A DNA stretch of 60,629 nucleotides from assembly GCA_030066885.1 (NCBI GenBank), contig JASJAT010000051.1, positions 1-60,629 on the forward strand. The letters run 5' to 3'. The notes below the pieces were generated by a model. The model saw only the letters and a program-made list of their open reading frames with translations, had not been told where the DNA came from and searched no databases. The stretch comes from Arenicellales bacterium. GTDB lineage: Bacteria; Pseudomonadota; Gammaproteobacteria; Arenicellales; JAANXG01. Position 1 is the stretch's first letter. Every line of letters starts with the position of its first letter. This document shows, one piece after another, positions 1 to 10,702 of the stretch. Made by a program: the position numbers and the translations under genes.

Positions 1-25
1 GGTTCGAATCCTACACGGCCCACCA
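1..25 (+). tRNA. 3' end of a tRNA gene cut by the window edge (T-loop, acceptor 3' strand, CCA). Isotype cannot be determined.
   Basis: GGTTCGAATCC T-arm/loop consensus, then CCTAC, a 7-nt acceptor strand ACGGCCC, discriminator A and CCA. Confidence 0.6.
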
Positions 26-324
26 GAAGACAAAGGGTCCATTCTGGGCACATAGGTAACAGAGGACATAGGTAACACATTTGGAGCGAAGGGATGGTCT
101 CCCACGGGCTCCACACCCGCTTCTCATCTTGGCCAAAGAACCTAAATCATAATCCATGAATCTGACCAGCCAGACCTGCTCATTAATCGCACGCATACTA
201 CGACCTGGCGGGTAAATACGGTAATTAAGTTGATTTTAAGTCGTCCGATACAGATTCTGCTGCCCTGCATGACTTGGATAGTGCGGTCATGGGATGGAAA
301 TTTCTGCCAATCGATGCGCATCAA
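11..324 (-). pseudogene. Frameshifted C-terminal remnant of an IS481/IS3-type (integrase-core) transposase.
   Basis: Two adjacent minus-strand frames read ...GRLKINLITVFTRQVVV / RAINEQVWLVRFMDYDLG... This resembles the conserved C-terminal 'W-V-x-F-x-x-YDLG' tail of IS481-like transposases as I recall it. There is no catalytic DDE region and no start. The remnant abuts the tRNA 3' end. Confidence 0.3.
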
Positions 325-424
325 TATGGCGCTTCTACGATCAACTATCTGTCGGGTCTTGCATCAGTAAAGATGACGTTGCACATGGTGGACGTCATTT
401 CGAAGGAATTATTCCAACCGCGGA

Positions 425-922
425 TCAGAGGAGTCTGGATTTGTCCTTGTGGCCGGACCATTTCGGCAAGTCGTCGACGATATCTATCACCCGCATGCCG
501 TAGAAGATGTGACAGCTCGGTCTGAACGCCTCCGGCACCCGTGGGGGTACGCCGAAATCGAAAAGCGTTGGAAAAGCCAGCCACATGTTTCGGCCTTCAT
601 CTGCAATGAGCGTCCCACACAATGTGCAGGCCACCTTGCACGGCACGAGTCTTTCATGACGATGGAGTACGCTGTTGTAGAACCGTAAATAATCAACCCC
701 AGCTACGAACCTCACATCTTTTTTGTGAAAAATCGCCGCCCACTGCATGGGTGCGCCGTGCAGGACTCGGCAGTCGTTGCAATGACATATCTTGGCGTCG
801 ACCGGATCGGCACGGACTTCGTACCGCACTGCACCACAATGGCAGCGGGCCCGATACTTCGCCATGAAACTTTTGTCTTCTGGAGACGAATAGGCTGAAC
901 CAAAGTTCAACGAATATTTCAT
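425..922 (-). CDS. GFA/CENP-V family (glutathione-dependent formaldehyde-activating-like) zinc protein.
   Basis: Cys-rich motifs RCHCGAVRYEV ... CHCNDCRVLHGAP ... CTLCGT are typical of the GFA domain. The ATG at 922 overlaps the upstream TGA (ATGA), so it is preferred over the longer track start at 973. An ATG at 862 is also possible. Confidence 0.7.
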   Translation of the reverse strand: MKYSLNFGSAYSSPEDKSFMAKYRARCHCGAVRYEVRADPVDAKICHCNDCRVLHGAPMQWAAIFHKKDVRFVAGVDYLRFYNSVLHRHERLVPCKVACTLCGTLIADEGRNMWLAFPTLFDFGVPPRVPEAFRPSCHIFYGMRVIDIVDDLPKWSGHKDKSRLL

Positions 923-1584
923 ACCCAGAAACTCAACCCCAGCGTCAGGAATGCCAGCCCGGTGACTTGACATAGTCGACGTAAGCTCGGTTCACTGGGT
1001 GAACCGCTGACCAGAGTGGGCCGCAATCCGGCGCCAATTGCCAATTGCGCAAGCCCCCCCGCGATGAAATTGGTGCGAATATCTCGAAGGTCAAAGACGC
1101 GCGAAGGGACAAGCCATTGAATACACTCTTCCAAAGTGCCTATTATTGCGACCATCAATGTCGCTAAAAAGTAAATGCTGTAATCATGAATGCGGTGTAG
1201 TAAGGCACGGTAGACAAGAATGCTGAGAATAACGTATTCCACCAAATGAATAACGTCCGCCGGAACTTCGCGAAGCTGATAAGCCGTTGCAATAATAGTG
1301 ACGGTTACTCCAGTCAACCAAAAGTAAGAACGTAATGGAAGGCTGCGCCCCTTGAGGTTAATAAACACCAAGATCAACCCGATCACACCCGCCGTGGCTG
1401 CGATATGTAAGAAAAATTGAATACCAAGATTTTTCGCAATCCATTCAGCGACAGGGCGTGCAAATGGAATGGTTGAATAAATCATCAATGTCCATAGCAC
1501 AACGTACAGCCAAGACAGTCGTTCAGATTCTTTAGGCAGTTTGTCTAACATAAGTAGACTTTCTGATACTGATATGCCGGCCAC
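919..1584 (-). CDS. VanZ-like integral membrane protein.
   Basis: Multi-TM 221-aa ORF with HLVEYVILSILVYRAL and EECIQWLVPSRVFDLRDI segments resembling VanZ-family motifs. Its stop overlaps the start of the GFA gene. Confidence 0.45.
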   Translation of the reverse strand: MAGISVSESLLMLDKLPKESERLSWLYVVLWTLMIYSTIPFARPVAEWIAKNLGIQFFLHIAATAGVIGLILVFINLKGRSLPLRSYFWLTGVTVTIIATAYQLREVPADVIHLVEYVILSILVYRALLHRIHDYSIYFLATLMVAIIGTLEECIQWLVPSRVFDLRDIRTNFIAGGLAQLAIGAGLRPTLVSGSPSEPSLRRLCQVTGLAFLTLGLSFWV

Positions 1585-1685
1585 ATCTTATCGAATCTTA
1601 ATAATCGCCGATTCGATGGGCTTTAGCGAGGCTAAGGAGTATAATCTTTGCTTAGAGGTAGGAGGTATCTTTCTGTTAGATGGTT

Positions 1686-1724
1686 AAACCCCCGCTCAAC
1701 TTATGTTGTTCGGGGGTTTTTCTT
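1686..1724 (+). terminator. Orphan intrinsic-terminator-like hairpin.
   Basis: AAACCCCCG-N16-CGGGGGTTT followed by TTTTTCTT. No annotated plus-strand gene lies upstream. Confidence 0.35.
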
Positions 1725-2121
1725 GGGACGATCTCCACGTATTATTACTTTGGCACTACCGTTCTTGTACTCGGAATGATCCACCGACTAGCGACAAGGA
1801 CCACCGAGCCTGAGCAACCAACAAGAGCAATAAAAGCACCAAGGGAGGACGGTAGTTGCCATACCTTTTGTATTGAGATCCATCATCCCGCGTTCATATA
1901 CGGAACTCAGACAAAACATAGCCACCGATGATGTATCAAGGCTGATTCCCGCACTCAGCTTGAAAACTAAGCATATAAGACGGAGACTACGAAATTTCAA
2001 TTGGAATCGGTATTCGGTCACTGGCCGTTTGCCTGTACCAGATATCGGGAGACGCATAGTCAACAAGAATACTAATCCATCTCGCAAAGCCCCACTTTAT
2101 CAAGGTGAGTTCTACTAACCG

Positions 2122-3069
2122 ATGACATGTGATATCTCGGTCGTAGTTCCTCTCTATATGTGCAGTGAATCCGTGGAGGAGCTTTCGTTCCGCCTAAAAT
2201 CTGTGCTGTCTAATATCACTGAGGCTTATGAGATTATTCTCGTCAATGACGCCAGCCCACAGGATGACTGGGAGATCGTGCGACGACTTGCGAACGAAGA
2301 CACGAATATTGTGGGCGTCAACCTGTCTCGCAGATTCGGCCAGCATATGGCCATTACTGCGGGGTTGCACTATTGCCATGGTGCGTGGATCGTGGTCATG
2401 GACGGGGATTTACAGGACAAGCCGGAGTGTATCTCCAACCTGTATGCCAAAGCACTAGAAGGCTACGATGTCGTGTTTGGCCGCCGTGTGGAGAGGAAGG
2501 ACACTTTTTTAAAGAAACTCACCTCGAAGTGGTTCGTAAAACTCTTCAATTATCTGACGGAGTCAGAAAGTAGCGATACGCTGTCCAATTTTGGGATCTA
2601 CAGGAAGCAGCTGATTGACAATTATCTGCAGTTCGCTGAGCACTACCGGGTTTTCCCGCTATTGATAAAATGGCAGGGTTTCAACGTCACTTATATCAAC
2701 GTCGATCATGGCAAGCGCCCCCATGGTAAATCTGCTTACAACTATCTCATGCTATTCAATCTGGCACTGGACGTTATCGTCTCGCACAGCAACAAGCCGT
2801 TGAAGATGTCGATACAGTTCGGCTTTCTCCTTTCTCTCTTCTCCCTCACCTATCTCTGCTGGCTGGTAATCCGGACATTTATTTTCGACGTACCCCTGGG
2901 TTGGACCAGCATCATGACATCCATCTTCTTCGTCGGCGGGTTACTGTTTGCCAACATTGGATTGCTAGGGCTCTACATCGGTAAGATTTACGACGAAGCA
3001 AAAGGCAGGCCGCTGTTCCTGGTTAGGGAGGTTATAGGTGGTCAACCACGTGCTACATCCAATGACTGA
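2122..3069 (+). CDS. Family 2 glycosyltransferase, bactoprenol/undecaprenyl-phosphate sugar transferase type (GtrB/ArnC-like), with C-terminal TM helices.
   Basis: ISVVVPLY...ILVNDAS...NLSRRFGQHMAITAGL...VVMDGDLQD (DxD). Two C-terminal hydrophobic helices, as in GtrB/ArnC. Confidence 0.8.
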   Translation: MTCDISVVVPLYMCSESVEELSFRLKSVLSNITEAYEIILVNDASPQDDWEIVRRLANEDTNIVGVNLSRRFGQHMAITAGLHYCHGAWIVVMDGDLQDKPECISNLYAKALEGYDVVFGRRVERKDTFLKKLTSKWFVKLFNYLTESESSDTLSNFGIYRKQLIDNYLQFAEHYRVFPLLIKWQGFNVTYINVDHGKRPHGKSAYNYLMLFNLALDVIVSHSNKPLKMSIQFGFLLSLFSLTYLCWLVIRTFIFDVPLGWTSIMTSIFFVGGLLFANIGLLGLYIGKIYDEAKGRPLFLVREVIGGQPRATSND

Positions 3070-3820
3070 GAAACTAAGTCGATTGGATACCGAGCGATTC
3101 GGTTTCAACATCGCCAGGGTCGATGATTTCAGTAACGATATCGGTGCAAGAATAGAAGCGTTGAGAGCCCTAGAGGCCAAATTGATCATCACCAGAGTAG
3201 ATGCCACTGACCTTGCCTTGATCAACGCGCTTGAAAAATACGGGTTTTGCATCAAGGATATTCAGCAGACCTACAGTTTCGATTTCTCCAGGTCAGCGGT
3301 ACCCCCCCAAATCGACAATCTTCCATTTACTTTAAGGTTTGCCCGGGCCGAAGATGCGGATCAGATGGCTGCTGTTGCACAAAGTGCACTTCATACCCAT
3401 GGTCATTATTATGCGGACAAACGGCTTGATCCGGCTCTCTGTGGTGTCATATATGGGGACTGGGCGAGCAACAGTTGTTTGGATACCCAGGTTGCTGACA
3501 AAGTGATTGTTGCGGAGCGTGAGAGGCAAGTCATTGGTTTCCTGTCATTAAAACAATACGAGCGAGCCGATGAGCGTTATTGTGCCGGGGTGATCGGCGC
3601 GGTCGCCGTGGGCTATCACGGGATGGGCATTTTTAGGGCCATCAACATCGCCGCGCTGACCTGGGCCAATACCATGGCAGCGGATCGTGTCGAACATAAT
3701 GTGCTGGTGACGAATTACCCGATCAACCGCACCTTTGCCGGGCTGGGCTTCGTCGTTGTTAGGTCGGCGATCACCCTGCATGGGTGGCTCGATGAGATGA
3801 ACCTCGAGCAGGGTGCATAA
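3062..3820 (+). CDS. GNAT-family N-acetyltransferase (WecD/TDP-amino-sugar acetyltransferase-like).
   Basis: N-terminal SRLDTERFGFNIARV plus a C-terminal GNAT-like core (VIGFLSL...GYHGMGIFRAI...NRTFAGLGF). The ATG at 3062 overlaps the GT2 stop by 8 nt. Confidence 0.5.
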   Translation: MTEKLSRLDTERFGFNIARVDDFSNDIGARIEALRALEAKLIITRVDATDLALINALEKYGFCIKDIQQTYSFDFSRSAVPPQIDNLPFTLRFARAEDADQMAAVAQSALHTHGHYYADKRLDPALCGVIYGDWASNSCLDTQVADKVIVAERERQVIGFLSLKQYERADERYCAGVIGAVAVGYHGMGIFRAINIAALTWANTMAADRVEHNVLVTNYPINRTFAGLGFVVVRSAITLHGWLDEMNLEQGA

Positions 3821-3986
3821 CTTTAGAGTTACTTCGGGCACAAACGATGATATTAAGCGTCCAATTTGTGTACAATCCGGCACCTTTGACGCCTGGCCGC
3901 GATTTTTCTGTACATTTGACTTATCGATCAACGACTTAATACCGAGACTAGTTATATAGGGTCATACTTATCCCGGACCTCAGAGG

Positions 3987-4071
3987 GCGAAAGTGGCGGA
4001 ATTGGCAGACGCGCTGGTTTTAGGTACCAGTGGGGTAACCCGTGGGAGTTCGAGTCTCCCCTTTCGCACCA
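3987..4071 (+). tRNA. tRNA-Leu(TAG), long variable arm.
   Basis: Acceptor GCGAAAG/CTTTCGC, anticodon arm CTGGT-TTTAGGT-ACCAG, variable arm TGGGGTAACCCGT, T-arm GGGAG-TTCGAGT-CTCCC, A-CCA. Confidence 0.9.
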
Positions 4072-4113
4072 TCGCTGTAAACAAATATCATTCCAGACTA
4101 AATAGTGTCTATC

Positions 4114-5421
4114 ATGCAAGTATCCGTTGAAAACCTGGGGACTATCAGCCGCCGCTTAACGGTGGCGGTGCCGGCAGAACAGGTCGAGAAAGAAGTAGCC
4201 GAAAGGCTAAAGCGTCTTGCGAAAAGTGCACGACTACCAGGATTTAGGCCCGGCAAAGCACCGCTTAAGGTCATCGAAAGCAGATTTGGTGGTGATGTGC
4301 TAAATGAGGTTGCCAGCAGTCTGATAGAAAGCTCCTTGCGTGAAGCACTTACCCAGGAGAATTTAATACCGGCGGGTGGGCCTGAGGTGCAGCCCACCAA
4401 GTTGGAAAGAGGTGAAGACCTGGAATATGTCGCGAGTTTCGACATCTTTCCAAAGATCGACAAGCTTGATATTAGCGGCGTCGAAATGGAACGACCCGTC
4501 TACAACGTCGACGACACCGATATCGATGCAACTATAGAAACCATGCGCAAGCAAAGAGTGACTTGGCAGGCCGTGGACCGACCTGCTCAAGATAAAGATC
4601 AGGTAGTCATTAATTTTGTCGGTCACGTCGACGGTGAAGAGTTTGCCGGTAACAAAGCCGAAAACCTTCCCGTAGTTCTAGGTGAAAAAACCTTACTTGA
4701 CGAATTCGAGGAAGGCCTGCGCGGATGTAACGAAGGTGATCAAATCAGTTTAGACGTAAAATTTCCTGATGATTATCGCGGAAAGGATGTCGCAGGCAAA
4801 CTGGCGAAGTTCGATATTACGGTCCGCGCAGTGAACGAACCAGTTTTACCTGAGGTCGATGCCGAGTTCGCAAAATCCTTTGGGATTGAGGATGGCGATC
4901 TTCAAAAAATGCGAGAAGAAGTGGCCAATAACGTAAAACAGGAGATGGAGGAGCGGATACGCAGGGTTGTGCGTGAACGCGTCCTCAACGCGCTGATTGA
5001 GGTCAATGACATAGAACTGCCAACCAAACTGGTGGAAGCTGAAATCGATCATATGATTGAATCGAACAAAGCTATACTGGAAGGGCAGGGTATCGCGGTA
5101 AGAAATGTCGTTCCTGATCGCAGTCGTTTCCAGCAAGACGCCGAAAAAAGAGTTGCACTGGGTCTCATTATGCAGGCTATAGTGAGTGAACACGACTTGA
5201 AGCCGGACGCCGAACGAGTGCGCCAACGCGTCGAACTCCAATCGACCAGCTACGAAGACCCTAAGGCCTTTGTCCAGTGGTACTATTCTGATCGTCAACG
5301 GCTGGCGCAATTAGAGTCGATGATATTGGAGGAACAGGTCATAGAGAAAGTACTGGAAACTGCAGACGCAAAAGATAAAGAAATGAGTTTCCAGGAATTA
5401 ATGGAGTATCAAAGTAGTTAG
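4114..5421 (+). CDS. tig: Trigger factor.
   Basis: MQVSVENLGTISRRLTVAVPAEQVEKEV N-terminus is like E. coli TF. Full-length 435 aa, positioned upstream of clpP-clpX-lon. Confidence 0.93.
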   Translation: MQVSVENLGTISRRLTVAVPAEQVEKEVAERLKRLAKSARLPGFRPGKAPLKVIESRFGGDVLNEVASSLIESSLREALTQENLIPAGGPEVQPTKLERGEDLEYVASFDIFPKIDKLDISGVEMERPVYNVDDTDIDATIETMRKQRVTWQAVDRPAQDKDQVVINFVGHVDGEEFAGNKAENLPVVLGEKTLLDEFEEGLRGCNEGDQISLDVKFPDDYRGKDVAGKLAKFDITVRAVNEPVLPEVDAEFAKSFGIEDGDLQKMREEVANNVKQEMEERIRRVVRERVLNALIEVNDIELPTKLVEAEIDHMIESNKAILEGQGIAVRNVVPDRSRFQQDAEKRVALGLIMQAIVSEHDLKPDAERVRQRVELQSTSYEDPKAFVQWYYSDRQRLAQLESMILEEQVIEKVLETADAKDKEMSFQELMEYQSS

Positions 5422-5501
5422 CAATAATTGTTGACCAAGTTTCTCGGCCAAAATGGTAGAATGGGGTGATGATAAATATTAATCGTAAGAGCACGGAGTA
5501 T

Positions 5502-6128
5502 ATGAACGAAATACACGATAAGCCTTTAACAACCCCACGAGACATCGGCCTGATTCCGATGGTGGTCGAGACCACCGGTCGCGGTGAACGAGCCTTTGAC
5601 ATTTATTCTAGAATGCTCAAGGAGAGGGTCGTTTTTTTAGTCGGCGCGGTCGATGACCATATCGCAAATTTAATCGTGGCCCAGCTTTTGTTTCTTGAAT
5701 CGGAGAACCCGGATAAAGACATTCATTTGTATATAAATAGCCCCGGTGGCGCGGTAACTTCCGGGTTGGCTGTTTACGATACCATGCAGTTCATTAAGCC
5801 TGACGTCAGCACCGTAGTTGTCGGTCAAGCGGCCAGCATGGGGGCGTTGATACTTGCCGGGGGCGGCAAGGGCAAACGGCACGCCCTACCGCATGCGAGA
5901 ATAATGATTCACCAACCGTGGGGAGGGTTCCAGGGCCAAGCGACCGACATCGATATCCATGCTAAGGAGATTCTCAAGATTCGGGAACGTCTGAATCAGA
6001 TCTTGGTCTCACACACAGGGCAGGATATGGACACCATCTCAAGGGATACCGAACGGGACAATTTCATGGGTGGTGAAGAAGCTGTGGCGTACGGATTGAT
6101 CGATACGGTGATTGAAAAGAGAGAATAA
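5502..6128 (+). CDS. clpP: ATP-dependent Clp protease proteolytic subunit.
   Basis: GQAASMGA (catalytic Ser), IMIHQP (His) and ERDNFM motifs. SD ACGGAG lies before the ATG at 5502. The track start at 5466 is also possible. Confidence 0.93.
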   Translation: MNEIHDKPLTTPRDIGLIPMVVETTGRGERAFDIYSRMLKERVVFLVGAVDDHIANLIVAQLLFLESENPDKDIHLYINSPGGAVTSGLAVYDTMQFIKPDVSTVVVGQAASMGALILAGGGKGKRHALPHARIMIHQPWGGFQGQATDIDIHAKEILKIRERLNQILVSHTGQDMDTISRDTERDNFMGGEEAVAYGLIDTVIEKRE

Positions 6129-6211
6129 AGGCTAAAATATAGAGTAAAGGGGTTGCAAAATAGCGCCTAAAATAGCATCTTTCAGGGTTAAACGGGGTCA
6201 AAAATCTATAT

Positions 6212-7495
6212 ATGGCAGAAGACAAACACGACGGTAAGAGCGAAAAACTCCTATATTGCTCGTTTTGTGGCAAGAGCCAGCATGAAGTTCGCAAACTGAT
6301 TGCTGGGCCTTCTGTATTTATATGTGACGAATGTGTCGAGCTATGTAATGACATTATTCGTGAGGAGGTTCAAGAAGGCGCTGAGCCTGCCGAGTCAAAG
6401 AGTAAGTTTCCAAAACCGGAAGATATTAGGAAGATCCTGGATGAATATGTCATTGGTCAGTCTGAGGCCAAAAAGATACTGTCGGTAGCCGTTTACAACC
6501 ATTACAAGCGGATTGAAAACGAAGATAAGGTCAACGATGTTGACATCTCAAAAAGCAACATTCTGTTGATCGGACCCACCGGTTCAGGCAAGACTTTATT
6601 GGCCGAGACCTTGGCACGCCAACTCAATGTACCCTTCACTATTGCCGACGCGACGACATTGACAGAAGCAGGGTATGTTGGTGAGGATGTCGAAAATATT
6701 ATTCAAAAGCTCCTGCAAAAATGTGACTACGATATTGACAAGGCACAAATCGGAATCGTCTACATTGACGAAATTGATAAGATTTCTCGGAAATCAGATA
6801 ACCCCTCCATTACCCGCGATGTATCAGGGGAGGGTGTACAGCAAGCGCTGTTAAAATTAATAGAAGGCACTATAGCATCGGTGCCTCCACAGGGTGGACG
6901 CAAACACCCGCAGCAGGAGTTTCTGCAAGTTGATACCCGTAACATACTGTTCATCTGTGGCGGGGCCTTTTCGGGTCTTGAACGCATCATTCAAGACCGA
7001 TCGGAAAAAAGCAGTATCGGTTTCGGCGCTGATATAAAGAGTAAATCTGACGGGCAAAATGTCGGCGAAGTCCTGCGTGATTTGGAACCCGAAGACTTAA
7101 TCGGATACGGCTTAATCCCAGAATTTGTCGGCCGTTTGCCGATCGTGGCGACCTTGGATGAACTCGACGAGGATGCATTGGTTTCTATTCTGACCGAACC
7201 TAAGAACGCTCTGGTCAAGCAATATCACAAGTTATTGAAGATCGAAGGTGTAGATTTGGAGATTCGTGATGACGCACTGCGAGCTGTTTCGACAAAAGCT
7301 ATGGATAGAAAGACCGGTGCGCGGGGGCTACGCTCGATTTTAGAGAACGCGTTATTGGATACCATGTATGAATTGCCATCTATGGAAGGTGTTAAAAAGG
7401 TAATTGTAGATGCAGGTGTCATCAAGGAAGGCGCCAGACCACTTTATATTTATGAGGAGTCGGAGCCCAAAACAGCGTCTACCACAACGCATTGA
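6212..7495 (+). CDS. clpX: ATP-dependent Clp protease ATP-binding subunit ClpX.
   Basis: Zinc-finger [26 protein letters not shown], Walker [18 protein letters not shown]. Confidence 0.96.
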   Translation: MAEDKHDGKSEKLLYCSFCGKSQHEVRKLIAGPSVFICDECVELCNDIIREEVQEGAEPAESKSKFPKPEDIRKILDEYVIGQSEAKKILSVAVYNHYKRIENEDKVNDVDISKSNILLIGPTGSGKTLLAETLARQLNVPFTIADATTLTEAGYVGEDVENIIQKLLQKCDYDIDKAQIGIVYIDEIDKISRKSDNPSITRDVSGEGVQQALLKLIEGTIASVPPQGGRKHPQQEFLQVDTRNILFICGGAFSGLERIIQDRSEKSSIGFGADIKSKSDGQNVGEVLRDLEPEDLIGYGLIPEFVGRLPIVATLDELDEDALVSILTEPKNALVKQYHKLLKIEGVDLEIRDDALRAVSTKAMDRKTGARGLRSILENALLDTMYELPSMEGVKKVIVDAGVIKEGARPLYIYEESEPKTASTTTH

Positions 7496-7640
7496 TCGAC
7501 GCTTGACAAGGGATTTTTCCTGGGAGGGGGTGGTACACCGTTGTGAAAATGGGGTCAGTTCCGATCCGCGGCGGGTTAAACAATCATTAAGTGTGTGTGA
7601 GATTACTAAGCATGCTACCGAATGCTGGGAATCTACAGCA

Positions 7641-7669
7641 GTTGAATTTTTATCGATTGACCCCATACT
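7641..7669 (+). promoter_or_regulatory. Sigma-32 (heat-shock) type promoter for lon.
   Basis: GTTGAAT - 13 nt - CCCCATACT matches the E. coli consensus CTTGAAA-N13-17-CCCCATNT. It lies ~47 nt upstream of the lon ATG. Confidence 0.55.
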
Positions 7670-7715
7670 TATATTCAACTATCCCCTCTCCACTATAAAC
7701 TACTGTTGAGCACCC

Positions 7716-10139
7716 ATGGCACAAGGTCTTAATCCCGAAACTGAAGCTTCCGTACCCGTACTTCCCTTACGCGACGTCGTGGTGTTTCCACACATGGTCA
7801 TTCCACTATTTGTTGGTCGCAAAAAGTCCATCAAGGCTCTTGAGCGTTCCATGGAAATCGGGAAGCAGATTCTGTTAGTCGCCCAAAAGAGTGCGGCGGA
7901 GGATGATCCTGGTATTGACGATATCTACCAGGTTGGCACGGTTGCGAGTATTTTGCAGTTGCTTAAGCTGCCTGATGGTACCGTTAAAGTCCTTGTCGAG
8001 GGCGAGAACAGGGTAGCCATCGATCGCTATGTTGAAACAGATGATTGCTTCAGCGCCCTGGTCAGTCATATCGCCGACCCTCAGGTTGACGAGCGGGAAA
8101 TCGAGGTGCTGATGCGCACAGTCCTCAACGAGTTTGATCAGTATGTGAAGCTGAATAACAAAATTCCGCCTGAAATTCTGACCTCTTTAGCGGGCATTGA
8201 GGATCCGGCTCGATTAGCCGATACAATCGCTGCACATCTCAGCCTTAAGATCGAAGACAAGCAGCAGATACTGGAAATGGTCGATACCAAGGAACGGTTG
8301 GAACACATTTTAGGTGTTATGGAATCGGAGATCGACTTGTTACAAGTCGAAAAGCGTATTCGCGGGCGGGTCAAGAAGCAGATGGAGAAAAGCCAGCGTG
8401 AGTACTACCTCAACGAACAGATGAAAGCTATTCAGAAGGAACTGGGAGAAATCGAGGATGCTCCGAACGAACTCGAAGACCTGATGAAGAAGATCGTCGA
8501 GGCTGGCATGCCGAAAGAAGCTCGTGAGAAAGCAGAAGCAGAGCTTAAGAAATTAAAAATGATGTCACCAATGTCGGCGGAGGCCACAGTGGTGCGCAAC
8601 TACATTGACTGGCTGGTTCAGGTACCGTGGAAAAAGCGCAGTAGGGTTCGCAAGGATCTGAGCGCAGCCGAGCAGATACTAGAAGAAGATCATTATGGCT
8701 TGGAAAAAGTCAAAGAGCGGATCCTGGAGTATTTGGCAGTTCAACAACGGATGAAGAAAATCAAAGGTCCGATATTGTGTTTAGTCGGCCCGCCAGGTGT
8801 GGGAAAAACTTCTCTGGGTAAGTCTATCGCCCGCGCGACTAATCGTAAGTTCATTAGGATGTCGCTGGGTGGTGTGCGCGACGAGGCTGAGATACGAGGT
8901 CATCGAAGGACTTACATCGGATCATTGCCAGGAAAGATCGTGCAGAACGTGACCAAGGCTAAAATGCGTAATCCTCTTTTCATGCTAGATGAAGTAGACA
9001 AAATGTCGATGGATTTCCGCGGGGACCCCTCGTCTGCATTGTTAGAAGTACTTGATCCCGAACAGAATCACACCTTTGTGGATCACTACCTGGAAGTGGA
9101 CTACGATTTATCGGAGGTGATGTTCATCGCCACTGCAAATACACTCAATATTCCACCGCCGCTATTGGATCGAATGGAAGTTATTCGTATTTCCGGGTAC
9201 ACGGAAGATGAAAAGATCAACATCGCAACCAAATACCTCGTACCTAAGCAAATCAAGAGCAATGGATTGAAGGATGAGGAGATCTCGATTTCAAAGGGAG
9301 CACTGGTAAACATCGTACGATACTACACGCGCGAAGCGGGTGTGCGTGGGTTAGAACGGGAAATCGCCAAAATATGCCGAAAAGTTGCGAAAGAGCTTCT
9401 GCTGGACGAAAAGCGAACGTCCATCAAGATCAACCCGAAGAATATAGGTAGATACCTCGGTGTCCAACGCTTCCGGTATGGTAAAGCAGAGGAGCAAAAC
9501 CAAGTCGGACAAGTAACTGGCTTGGCTTGGACTGAGGTAGGTGGTGAGCTGCTCACCATTGAGTCCGTGATTTTAACCGGCAAAGGAAAACAAATATATA
9601 CGGGCAAGCTCGGTGACGTGATGCAGGAATCAATCCAAGCGGCTATGAGCGTAGTTCGAAGCAGAGCGGTAAGCTATGGTGTCGATCCGGAGTTTTTTCA
9701 AAAGCATGACTTCCACGTTCATGTTCCCGAAGGGGCCACACCGAAAGATGGGCCCAGTGCGGGTATCGGCATGTGTGTGGCACTGTTATCTATAATCACC
9801 GGGATACCGGTGCGATCTGATGTCGCGATGACCGGTGAGATAACGCTTCGTGGTGAGGTGCTGCCTATTGGCGGTTTAAAGGAGAAGTTATTGGCCGCTC
9901 ACCGTGGTGGCATTACAACAGTCATTATTCCTGATGAGAACGAGAAGGACCTAGCAGAGATCCCAAAAAACATTAAAGGTGATTTAAAGATAAAACCGGC
10001 AAAGTGGATTGATCAAGTTTTGGAAGTTGCTTTAGAGAAAATGCCGGAGCATGGTACGAAGAAAGAAAAAACTGAAAAACAAGAATCCTCTAAATCAAAG
10101 GAAGATGACGCATCGTCTGATTCAGTGATTACACATTAA
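7716..10139 (+). CDS. lon: Lon protease (LonA).
   Basis: N-terminal [20 protein letters not shown], Walker [10 protein letters not shown], catalytic PKDGPSAG...K. 807 aa. Confidence 0.97.
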   Translation: MAQGLNPETEASVPVLPLRDVVVFPHMVIPLFVGRKKSIKALERSMEIGKQILLVAQKSAAEDDPGIDDIYQVGTVASILQLLKLPDGTVKVLVEGENRVAIDRYVETDDCFSALVSHIADPQVDEREIEVLMRTVLNEFDQYVKLNNKIPPEILTSLAGIEDPARLADTIAAHLSLKIEDKQQILEMVDTKERLEHILGVMESEIDLLQVEKRIRGRVKKQMEKSQREYYLNEQMKAIQKELGEIEDAPNELEDLMKKIVEAGMPKEAREKAEAELKKLKMMSPMSAEATVVRNYIDWLVQVPWKKRSRVRKDLSAAEQILEEDHYGLEKVKERILEYLAVQQRMKKIKGPILCLVGPPGVGKTSLGKSIARATNRKFIRMSLGGVRDEAEIRGHRRTYIGSLPGKIVQNVTKAKMRNPLFMLDEVDKMSMDFRGDPSSALLEVLDPEQNHTFVDHYLEVDYDLSEVMFIATANTLNIPPPLLDRMEVIRISGYTEDEKINIATKYLVPKQIKSNGLKDEEISISKGALVNIVRYYTREAGVRGLEREIAKICRKVAKELLLDEKRTSIKINPKNIGRYLGVQRFRYGKAEEQNQVGQVTGLAWTEVGGELLTIESVILTGKGKQIYTGKLGDVMQESIQAAMSVVRSRAVSYGVDPEFFQKHDFHVHVPEGATPKDGPSAGIGMCVALLSIITGIPVRSDVAMTGEITLRGEVLPIGGLKEKLLAAHRGGITTVIIPDENEKDLAEIPKNIKGDLKIKPAKWIDQVLEVALEKMPEHGTKKEKTEKQESSKSKEDDASSDSVITH

Positions 10140-10283
10140 TATATATGCCGTACCGAAGTTGCTCGTTAGAATTAAACAGCAGTTTGATTAGATTGATGTA
10201 GGTCATTGTTTTATTTTGAGAAAGAAAAATCTATCGCGAAAAGCGATTGAACAAATTCAGATTTTTTTTTCCGATAATGTTCC

Positions 10284-10311
10284 TTGACACCACTTTTCGC
10301 CCTGGTATAAG
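10284..10311 (+). promoter_or_regulatory. Sigma-70-like promoter upstream of hupB.
   Basis: TTGACA - 16 nt - TATAAG, about 108 nt upstream of the hupB GTG start. Confidence 0.45.
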
Positions 10312-10418
10312 GTGAACCACGGAGGAACGGTGCTCTAAGAGCACTAGTCAGTTGCCTTCTTCTTTTCCAAAAATAATTTTCACCGCTCCATTATTAATCA
10401 ACAAAGGGGACTATAACC

Positions 10419-10691
10419 GTGAACAAAGCGGAACTCATAGATACGGTCGCCAACAAGGCTGGCCTTTCCAAATCAGACGCTGCTAGTGCGGTGGACGCAG
10501 TTTTCAGCAGTATCACTAACACGTTAGCAAACGGTGATTCAGTAACATTGGTTGGGTTCGGCACCTTTGCGGTGACCGAGCGAGCTGCACGCACGGGCCG
10601 TAATCCGCGTACCGGTGAAGCGATCACCATTCCTGCGTCTAAGAGCTCGAAGTTCAAGGCTGGTAAAGCGTTAAAGGATGCCCTAAACTAG
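10419..10691 (+). CDS. hupB: DNA-binding protein HU-beta.
   Basis: [11 protein letters not shown]...[22 protein letters not shown]...IPASK is a canonical HU sequence. GTG start with a GGGGA SD. Confidence 0.95.
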   Translation: MNKAELIDTVANKAGLSKSDAASAVDAVFSSITNTLANGDSVTLVGFGTFAVTERAARTGRNPRTGEAITIPASKSSKFKAGKALKDALN

Positions 10692-10702
10692 CGCACCTTT
10701 TT

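Noticed and set aside
1680-2118. Three ORFs of 81-99 aa in the gap before the GT2 gene, including the idea of a gtrA-like flippase gene.
   Set aside because: None shows the multi-TM GtrA pattern, an SD or any recognisable motif. They overlap each other in different frames. The region is treated as non-coding or decayed.
3548-3931. 127-aa minus-strand ORF overlapping the 3' end of the GNAT gene.
   Set aside because: It is antisense to a CDS with GNAT motifs, has no family resemblance, and would run into the tRNA-Leu promoter region.
4846-5310. Long antisense ORFs inside tig (154 aa). Similar ones occur inside the ABC genes (15798-16271, 16869-17327), the serA-like gene (37033-37506), the fadN-like gene (40516-40992), pepA (28893-29291) and valS.
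   Set aside because: All lie opposite CDSs with strong family motifs. This is typical of spurious ORFs in ~50 % GC coding DNA.
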